From: Chthoniobacteraceae bacterium | Lineage (GTDB): Bacteria > Verrucomicrobiota > Verrucomicrobiia > Chthoniobacterales > Chthoniobacteraceae | Assembly: GCA_031409655.1 (NCBI GenBank) | Contig: JANNXQ010000056.1 | Location: 1 to 20,852, forward strand | Direction of reading: 5' to 3' | Length of the DNA: 20,852 nucleotides | Shown: piece after piece, positions 14,742 to 20,852 of the stretch | Layout of the letters: the number at the start of each line of letters is the position of its first letter | Numbering within the stretch: the first letter of the stretch is position 1 | Notes under the pieces: generated by a model | Databases searched by the model: none | Told to the model about the DNA's origin: nothing | The model's input: the letters and a program-made list of their open reading frames with translations, nothing else | Program-made: the position numbers and the translations under genes

Positions 14742-16903
14742 TATGCTAGAGGAAGGATCGTTGGCATCGTTTGGGTGATCTGGCGGCTGGGGAGGTCAAC
14801 CTGCACAGTTGTTCCTTTTTTGAGCTGGCTGGCAATCGAAAGATTGCCGCCGTGCAGATTGACAATTTTGCGGCAGATCGCGAGTCCGAGTCCGAAGCCG
14901 CGATTCTCGTCGCCCTTATTTTTCGTCGTGAAATAGGGGGTCAGGACGCGCCCGAGATTTTCTTTGGAAATGCCCTCGCCTTGATCGATCACCCGGATGC
15001 GCAACCAGTCGCGCTGCACTTCCGTCTTGGCGAGTTGCTCAAGCCGCACCTGAATCGTGGATTGCGGCGGCGAGGCGTCGATGGCGTTGGCGATCAGATT
15101 CGCAAAGAGCCGCTGCAGGAGCACATCGTCCATCTCGATCGACACTTCATCGGGCGCGGCCACGACGATCTCGACCTGCTTGTCCCGGCTGGCAATGGCC
15201 AGATCGGCCGCGTGTTTTAGGAGGAGATCCAACCGATCGACCTGGATGTCCGGCCGGAGATGTTCGGAAAAGAAGAGTGCCTCTTTGATGTAGGCGCGCA
15301 TCGTCTTCACATTTCGCAGAGCCACCGGGAGCAGCTCTTCGTTTAAGGTGGAGTCGGGTCCGACCTCCGCGGAAAGTTGCAGCAAGGTGGAAACGGGCGT
15401 GAGCAGATTGTTCAGATCGTGCGCCATCCCACGCGACATCCGTCCGAGGAGATCGAGTTCCTGATTCTGCCGGAGCTGGTCCTTCAGCCGGAGCTGGTTC
15501 ACCATGAGGCTGAGATTCTTCACCAGCGCCACGAGCAGCGTGATATCCGTGCCCGAATAGGTGTCGCCGTCCTTCTTCGCGCCGACGAGGAAGAGGCCAA
15601 AGGGCTCATTTTGGAAAGTGAGGGGGAAACAGAACTCCGCGGCGAAGGCCACCAACTGCTTCCGGGCCAGCCGCTCCACGCTGCGCACTCCAGGCCGCAA
15701 ATACTTCGCATCAATCGCCAGGTACTCCGCCTTCTCCCACTCGAAATACTGAAACACCGGTGAGTTCACCTTCAAATCCTCCACCTGTCTCCCGGCCTCC
15801 CCGGGATGGGCGCGGTGGATGGTGAAAGCGTGCTGCGACTCATCGCGCAGGATGATCGAGTAACTGGTGATCGAAAGGGTGCGCACGAGGATGTCGTGCA
15901 GGTCGTCGAGCAGGGCTTCGAGGTCTTCGTACCAGATCATGCTCTCGATGAATCCGCGCACGCGGTCGCCGGATTCGAAGCGATCACCCCTCAATCCGGA
16001 GTCCAATCTTTCCCCGATTCCTCCGAGCAGTCGGGGGAAAAGGATGGTGCCGATCAGGGTGCTCAGCATCAAGACGGCGAGGGAGCTTGAGAACGAGAGA
16101 AAGGTGAACTCCATCGGGGCGCAGGCCGTAATCATGATCTGGAGAATGAGCCCGATCAGAAAAAGAAAGATGAACCGCACGAAATGCGCAGTCCGCCGGC
16201 CGAGGGCGATGTGGACATCGAGGAGCTGATGCTGGAGGACGCTGTAGCCGACGATGATGCCGTAGAAGACGGCGGCGATACTCCCGATGGGATAGATCGG
16301 CGTATTCAGGATCGGATACTTCTCGATCCCGAGGATCGGCAGGATGTCATTCGATCCCAAGACGACGATGAGCGTCTGCGCGATGATCAGGGCGTCGAGG
16401 CGCTTCCGGCGGATGGGCGGCAACCTGGAGCGACTTTTCAGGAGCATGAAAATCGCTGCGGTGCTTTGCAGATAGGCGCACGCGTAAATCCAGAAACCCA
16501 CTCCCGCTACCGAGTACCAAGCGTAGCCGACGTGGTGTACATCGGAGATGAAGAGACCCTGCGAGTGCATGATCGCGAGGCCAAAGTGGAGGACGTACAG
16601 TGCGGCGATGATCCGCCCGGCGCGCACCTGCGCGATGAGCACGGAAAGATGCAGCGAGGCGATCGGGAGGAAAATGACGCCATACTGCAGGATGGTCGCC
16701 CAGAAGAAGGCCTGAGGCTTATTCGCCGGGTCGCCATCCAGGAGAAAGAGGAAGAAGGTGCAAAGATTCCAAGTGGTGATGCACAGCCCCCAGAAGAAAT
16801 AGACCTGGCTCAGGCGCGACTTGCGGTCGCTGGTCAGGACGAAGATTGAGAGCGCAAAATTGCAGATTGCGCCGATCAACGGGGCGAGGCTGAGCGAGTT
16901 CAT
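14741..16903 (-). CDS. Membrane sensor histidine kinase: HisKA_7TM-like N-terminal region - GAF - HisKA - HATPase
   Basis: Start ATG 16903 overlaps the ketosynthase stop (ATGA). The first ~290 aa are polytopic. GAF: FCFPL..GLFLVGAKKDGDTYSGTDITLL. H-box MAHDLNNLL, NLIANAIDA, DQGEG, YFTTK, GFGLGL. Confidence 0.92.
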   Translation of the reverse strand: MNSLSLAPLIGAICNFALSIFVLTSDRKSRLSQVYFFWGLCITTWNLCTFFLFLLDGDPANKPQAFFWATILQYGVIFLPIASLHLSVLIAQVRAGRIIAALYVLHFGLAIMHSQGLFISDVHHVGYAWYSVAGVGFWIYACAYLQSTAAIFMLLKSRSRLPPIRRKRLDALIIAQTLIVVLGSNDILPILGIEKYPILNTPIYPIGSIAAVFYGIIVGYSVLQHQLLDVHIALGRRTAHFVRFIFLFLIGLILQIMITACAPMEFTFLSFSSSLAVLMLSTLIGTILFPRLLGGIGERLDSGLRGDRFESGDRVRGFIESMIWYEDLEALLDDLHDILVRTLSITSYSIILRDESQHAFTIHRAHPGEAGRQVEDLKVNSPVFQYFEWEKAEYLAIDAKYLRPGVRSVERLARKQLVAFAAEFCFPLTFQNEPFGLFLVGAKKDGDTYSGTDITLLVALVKNLSLMVNQLRLKDQLRQNQELDLLGRMSRGMAHDLNNLLTPVSTLLQLSAEVGPDSTLNEELLPVALRNVKTMRAYIKEALFFSEHLRPDIQVDRLDLLLKHAADLAIASRDKQVEIVVAAPDEVSIEMDDVLLQRLFANLIANAIDASPPQSTIQVRLEQLAKTEVQRDWLRIRVIDQGEGISKENLGRVLTPYFTTKNKGDENRGFGLGLAICRKIVNLHGGNLSIASQLKKGTTVQVDLPSRQITQTMPTILPLA

Positions 16904-18180
16904 GACTGCGCCTCGAACCGCCGGAGCAGCAAACAAGCGTTCTTTCCGCCAAATCCACTGCTCATGTTCAGGGCCACTCGGATCGGGTAAGTGCGCGCCG
17001 TGCCCCGGACGTAGTCCAAGTCACAACCGGGGGCCGCGGTTTGCAAATTGATCGTGGGCGGCATCATTTGGTGATGGATCGCAAGCGCGCAGACGGCGGA
17101 CTCTACGGCGCCAGCCGCCGCCATGAGATGTCCGGTCACTGGCTTGGTGGCACTCACTCCCACGCGCTGGGCATGCTCGCCGAAGAAGGTCTTGATGGCC
17201 TTGCTCTCGACCACATCATTCGCCTCCGTCGCGGTTCCGTGGGCATTGATGTAATCCACTTCGCTCCGGTCGATGCGCGCCCTCCGGAAGGCCTTGTCCA
17301 TCGCTCGGAGGATCCCGACGCCTTCCGGGTGCAGGGCCACGGGATGGTAGCTCTCGCAGGAATGCCCATGCGCCAGCACCTCGGCATAGATGCGGGCATT
17401 CCGCGCGAGCGCGTGGCTGAGCTCCTCCAGCACCAGAAATGCGGAACCTTCGCCGAGGATAAAGCCGTCCCGCTCGACATCGAAGGGACGCATCGCGTGC
17501 TTCGGGTCGCCAGGCCGCCGACTCACTACTTTTGCCTGGCAGAAGGTCGCCAGGACGGTCGGAGTGAGGGGCGCCTCCGCGCCGCCCGCGATCATCACGT
17601 CCACATCGTCATTCTGGATCATCCCGAGCGCATACCCCATCACATCATTCCCCGAAGCGCTGCCGGTGCTGAGGGTCACCGCGTGCCCGCGCACTCCCAG
17701 TCGCAGGGCGATCTCACCGCTGCCCGCTCCCGCATACCCATTGAGGAGCGCAGCCAGGGTCAGGGCGCGGTAGCCTCCGCCAGCGATGGCCTCCACGCCC
17801 CGGGTCACGGTTTCATTGGTGCTTACGGAAGTTCCCTCCACTACCCCCACCCGATCCGGGTCGAGCGCGGAGCAGACGATCCCAGCATCCGCGACGGCTT
17901 CGGCGGCCGCGGCGAGCGCATAGAGATTTGAACGGTCGAGCCGGCGTGCAGCCTTGGCCTCCATGTAGCGGGAGGGATCGAAATCTCGGATTTCACACGC
18001 GATCCGCACCGGGCAATCGCCGGGATGAAAGCGCGTGAGGGGCCCCGCCGCACTTTCGCCGAACCGGATCGACTTCCAAAAATCTTTCGGTCCGTTGCCG
18101 TTTGGCGCGATGACCCCGATTCCCGTGATGACCACGCGGCGAAAGTCCGCGGATTCGGGATGGTTCGTGGCGCTACTCAT
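16900..18180 (-). CDS. FabF-like beta-ketoacyl-ACP synthase homolog with catalytic Cys replaced by Ser
   Basis: Start ATG 18180 (ATGA overlap). Motifs RRVVITGIG, AGGAEAP, RPFDVERDGFILGEG, YINAHGTAT, KPVTGHLMAAAG, PPTIN, SGFGGKNA. The active-site loop reads STGSASG instead of TACAS/TG. Confidence 0.9.
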   Translation of the reverse strand: MSSATNHPESADFRRVVITGIGVIAPNGNGPKDFWKSIRFGESAAGPLTRFHPGDCPVRIACEIRDFDPSRYMEAKAARRLDRSNLYALAAAAEAVADAGIVCSALDPDRVGVVEGTSVSTNETVTRGVEAIAGGGYRALTLAALLNGYAGAGSGEIALRLGVRGHAVTLSTGSASGNDVMGYALGMIQNDDVDVMIAGGAEAPLTPTVLATFCQAKVVSRRPGDPKHAMRPFDVERDGFILGEGSAFLVLEELSHALARNARIYAEVLAHGHSCESYHPVALHPEGVGILRAMDKAFRRARIDRSEVDYINAHGTATEANDVVESKAIKTFFGEHAQRVGVSATKPVTGHLMAAAGAVESAVCALAIHHQMMPPTINLQTAAPGCDLDYVRGTARTYPIRVALNMSSGFGGKNACLLLRRFEAQS

Positions 18181-18746
18181 CGGACGCCCGGCCACCTGTA
18201 AGGAAGAAAGGCGGGCGTGGCGCTCATGTACTTGCGATAGGCACCGCCGAATTTCGCAATCAGGGCCGGCTCTTCCAGGCGCAGGCGGTAGGCCAGGGCC
18301 GGCAGGTAGAGGAGTGGCACGAGGAGCAGGACCAGCACCGCTTTCAAGATCAGCGCCACAGCGAGCAACTCGAGGAGCATGGAAAAGTAGGTGGGGTGCC
18401 GCATCCACCGGAAGGGGCCTTCCTGGACAAACTCGTGTTCGGCGCGGATCTCGACGTGGAGGCTCCAAAATTTCCCCAACGCCGCGATCGCCCGGCGGCG
18501 GATGATGAAGGACGCCACTCCGCACGCCACGCCTGCGCTAAACCAAGGCCATTCCAGCCTCTGACCACGCACGAAATATTCCACCACGGCTCCGATCCAG
18601 ATCGCCGTGCCGACGAGCCAGAAGAGCCGCAGCGACCACCGCTCGCGCACGGGGCCGGAAATCACCTGGCGCTTGGTTCCGAGTTCCACCATCCGCGCCG
18701 CGTAAAGGACGGCGACGGCGAGCAAAGGCAGGGCAAAGGCGAGCAT
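18177..18746 (-). CDS. Isoprenylcysteine carboxyl methyltransferase (ICMT/PEMT) family membrane methyltransferase
   Basis: ALGKFWS, EHEFVQEGPFRWMRHPTY (RHPxY), EEPALIAKFGGAYRKY, PAFLP; several TM helices. Confidence 0.9.
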   Translation of the reverse strand: MLAFALPLLAVAVLYAARMVELGTKRQVISGPVRERWSLRLFWLVGTAIWIGAVVEYFVRGQRLEWPWFSAGVACGVASFIIRRRAIAALGKFWSLHVEIRAEHEFVQEGPFRWMRHPTYFSMLLELLAVALILKAVLVLLLVPLLYLPALAYRLRLEEPALIAKFGGAYRKYMSATPAFLPYRWPGVR

Positions 18747-18903
18747 GGATTTTGAAGGGGGAGAAGTTGGTGCGTCGGTGCAACGCGAAGCGGATGTGGA
18801 CCAGAGGGGAGTGGAGAGTCAAATCGGATTTACCAATCTGCCAACCCGCGCGAGAGGGCTCGCTGCCGGAGTAAAACCGCGCGTGGGGCGATCCGTCATC
18901 AAT

Positions 18904-18950
18904 GCCATCTTTATGGCTTCACTCATCATTTATGAAGAATCAAAGATGGC
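18904..18950. promoter_or_regulatory. AT-rich inverted repeat / hairpin upstream of the ICMT-KS-kinase operon
   Basis: GCCATCTTT (18904-18912) / AAAGATGGC (18942-18950), with inner CTTCA/TGAAG. Confidence 0.5.
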
Positions 18951-18980
18951 GATCTGGAGGCAACGACGCAAGGATGCGCT

Positions 18981-19619
18981 TCAGCTCGGGAGATGGAGCG
19001 TGCAAGTGTAAAGGCCCGACGCAAACTGCTGCTCCCGCCGCACCGGCACTCCGAGCACCCGCTGGAACATCTCGCCCTCCAGCCGGGCGACGATCGGAAA
19101 GGTCTGGAGCAGATCGAGGATCGGCGAGTGATGCTCCACGATCCGCAGCCCGCCACCTGCGTCCGTCTCGAGTTCGCTCATGTAGCCATCGAGATCGCGG
19201 AGATGTACGAGCCGCTCCGCGCGTTCCGGCAGTGTGTCGCCTTTCATCTTTTCGAGATACCGCTCCGTGTACCGCTGGAAGACTACGAGCAGCAGCTTTT
19301 CAGGCGCGGTCTGGCCGTAAAGTTTCTGCGCCGCGGCCAGCAGCGCGATCGTCGCTTCATTGCTCGTCGTCGGGAAAAGTTCATGCGCGCGCGGGGTGAG
19401 CCGGTAGAGCAGGCGCGGCCGGCCTTTGGGCTGCGGCTCCCGCCAGGTGTCGAGCAGGCCGCGTTTTTCCAGATCCGTGCAGATATCCTTCACGCCCATG
19501 TAGCTCATCTTCACCCGCTCGGCGATCACCGGCACGGCGAGACCCTGGGTGCGCTTCAGTTCATTGAGCACTTTCAGCCGCGCACTGCGTCCGACGGTTT
19601 GGATGAGACGCTGCTTCAG
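18981..19619 (-). CDS. Winged-HTH transcriptional regulator, SufR-like/COG2345 type (start uncertain)
   Basis: RLKVLNELKRTQGLAVPVIAERVKMSYMGVKDICTDLEKRGLL..GRPRLLYRLT..ELFP, followed by a V4R-like C-terminus (GYMSE..IVEHHSPI..E..F..VLG). The globular part begins at LKQRL (CTG 19619); alternative GTG 19673. Confidence 0.85.
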   Translation of the reverse strand: MKQRLIQTVGRSARLKVLNELKRTQGLAVPVIAERVKMSYMGVKDICTDLEKRGLLDTWREPQPKGRPRLLYRLTPRAHELFPTTSNEATIALLAAAQKLYGQTAPEKLLLVVFQRYTERYLEKMKGDTLPERAERLVHLRDLDGYMSELETDAGGGLRIVEHHSPILDLLQTFPIVARLEGEMFQRVLGVPVRREQQFASGLYTCTLHLPS

Positions 19620-19631
19620 GGGGGCGAAGAG

Positions 19632-19737
19632 GTTGAGAGTTGAGAGTCGATGGTTGAGAGCCGCGCCGGTCACAGCCGCACGCCCGGCACTCGGTCGGCA
19701 GTTTGCGGCGCTCAACTCTCAACTATCAACTCTCAAC
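19632..19737. repeat. Inverted pair of heptamer tandem arrays (TCTCAAC-type)
   Basis: Left 19632-19664: GTTGAGA GTTGAGA GTCGATG GTTGAGA GCCGC. Right 19705-19737: GCGGC GCTCAAC TCTCAAC TATCAAC TCTCAAC. 28 of 33 positions are complementary. Confidence 0.85.
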
Positions 19738-20523
19738 TTACTTCGCGCCGAGCGCCCCGAAATGCTGCAGCGCCTCCACCACGCCCGCACTGCAATCACC
19801 CGTGGCCACATATCCGCCGGCCTCGCGCACCGCGCGCTTCACTGCCTCGCAAGCATTCGCCGGGCAGGCGACCCATTGCGCGAAGCGACCGTCGAGCATC
19901 GGGATGTCGTTGTAGTGATCGCCCGCCGCGAAGACCTCCCCGCGCTCGAGCCCGGTCAGCCGCGCGAGTTCACCGAGCGCCGTGCCTTTGCTGTAGGCCT
20001 CGTGGCAAAAGCGCAGGTAGATCGTGTTTCGCTGGAAATTAAATCCTGGCACCCGCGACTGCTCGCGTTCGAGAAAGACACACACGTCATCCATCTGCGC
20101 ATCCGTCTCCGTCACGATGCCCACCAGCCGCTCCCCATCCCGCTCAAAATGCGCCCACGGTTTGCCATCGAACTCAGCGTGGATGTCCTTCAGCAGATCG
20201 CTCGCTTCCGTAAAGAGCCAATCGTGATCCGCCGCGCAGCGCTTATTCCAATCGCCGAAGTCCTGCCACTTCCCATCCGATCCACGGTGAAAGACCTCCC
20301 GCTCCGCGGTCAGCACGTAGTCAGGCTCAAAATCGAAATCAAACTCCCGCAGCCCCGCCTCGATGTGCCAGAGCACCCGGCCCGTATTCACCGCCCATTG
20401 CACGCCCTTGGCCCGCAGCGCGCCGATGGCGGAGAAAAATTCCGGCGTCACCGGCGGGATGGCGCCGTGCTCGACGAGCGTGCCGTCGAAGTCCGTGCTG
20501 ATCAATTTGATGGAGGCATTCAT
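19738..20523 (-). CDS. HAD superfamily subfamily IIB (Cof/sucrose-phosphatase-like) hydrolase
   Basis: Start ATG 20523. Motif I DFDGT, motif II NTGR, motif III SKGTAL, motif IV GDHYND, and ANA. Confidence 0.92.
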   Translation of the reverse strand: MNASIKLISTDFDGTLVEHGAIPPVTPEFFSAIGALRAKGVQWAVNTGRVLWHIEAGLREFDFDFEPDYVLTAEREVFHRGSDGKWQDFGDWNKRCAADHDWLFTEASDLLKDIHAEFDGKPWAHFERDGERLVGIVTETDAQMDDVCVFLEREQSRVPGFNFQRNTIYLRFCHEAYSKGTALGELARLTGLERGEVFAAGDHYNDIPMLDGRFAQWVACPANACEAVKRAVREAGGYVATGDCSAGVVEALQHFGALGAK

Positions 20524-20611
20524 GGGAAAGTGGAGATGCTGGAAGTAATACGTAGCCAATTGCGTGCGACGCGTCAGAATTCCTGTCGAACCGCTCGGTG
20601 AAGGCGGCGAC

Positions 20612-20640
20612 ACTCGACTCTCGATCTCCAACTCTCAACT
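20612..20640. repeat. Third, degenerate heptamer array
   Basis: ACTCGAC TCTCGAT CTCCAAC TCTCAAC T, directly upstream of ATG 20644. Confidence 0.65.
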
Positions 20641-20643
20641 GAA

Positions 20644-20852
20644 ATGAAATCCGCCTACGAACTCGCCATGGAGCGGCTGGAAAAGCAGACGCCCACCGCC
20701 AAACTCAACGCCGAACAAAAGGCGCAAATCGCCGAAATCGACAATCTCGCCAAGGCCAAGCTCGCCGAGAAAGAAGTCTTCCTGAAAGGCGAGATCGCCA
20801 AGGCCGAGGCCGCGGGGAAATTTGACGAAGTGCTGGAACTCGACCAGCAACT
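20644..20852 (+). CDS. Conserved hypothetical helical protein (partial, runs off the window)
   Basis: Manual translation: MKSAYELAMERLEKQTPTAKLNAEQKAQIAEIDNLAKAKLAEKEVFLKGEIAKAEAAGKFDEVLELDQQ. Strong GC3 bias, no stop. Confidence 0.85.
   Translation, partial: MKSAYELAMERLEKQTPTAKLNAEQKAQIAEIDNLAKAKLAEKEVFLKGEIAKAEAAGKFDEVLELDQQ

Noticed and set aside
12657..14936. 759-aa plus-strand ORF
   Set aside because: Antisense shadow of the histidine kinase. No recognisable motifs, and such ORFs are expected in high-GC coding DNA.
14741..16903. PEP-CTERM system kinase PrsK
   Set aside because: The TM-GAF-kinase layout is similar, but no prsR, prsT or exosortase gene is nearby, so the assignment is unsupported.
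16900..18180. Assigning the symbol fabF (housekeeping fatty-acid synthesis)
   Set aside because: The catalytic Cys is absent and there is no acpP, fabG or fabD context.
18181..18525. N-terminal extension making the ketosynthase 541 aa
   Set aside because: It overlaps the ICMT gene in another frame. ATG 18180 gives a normal FabF length and an ATGA coupling.
18826..18846. Sigma54 promoter (TTGGCAG on the minus strand) upstream of the ICMT gene
   Set aside because: There is no GC dinucleotide at the -12 position (it reads TGGCAGATTGGTAAA).
19632..19737. CRISPR array
   Set aside because: The units are 7-bp tandem repeats without unique spacers, and there are no cas genes.

Overview
GC-rich bacterial DNA. 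The gene content and intergenic repeats suggest a PVC-superphylum organism, probably Verrucomicrobia (inference). It holds about 16 protein genes. In order: a partial secreted PVC-type beta-propeller/dehydrogenase-like protein, a GT-C glycosyltransferase coupled to a GH-A/GT2 fusion, a small orphan ORF, a large PQQ-like beta-propeller protein, an NlpC/P60-like lipoprotein, a double-NIPSNAP protein, rsgA, yihA/engB, HU, a four-gene operon, a SufR-like HTH regulator, a HAD-IIB hydrolase and a partial conserved hypothetical. The best candidate for an undescribed system is the translationally coupled operon at 12738-18746 (minus strand). It encodes an ICMT-family methyltransferase, a FabF-like ketosynthase with its catalytic Cys replaced by Ser, a 7TM-GAF histidine kinase and an atypical-receiver/GAF/PAS histidine kinase. 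This layout resembles a lipid-signal synthase plus its sensor (quorum-sensing-like), which is a hypothesis. Also notable are a REP-doublet-like perfect 22-bp inverted repeat in frame inside the GT-C gene, inverted heptamer tandem repeats, and several promoters lying very close to start codons. No rRNA, tRNA, CRISPR array or transposase was seen.
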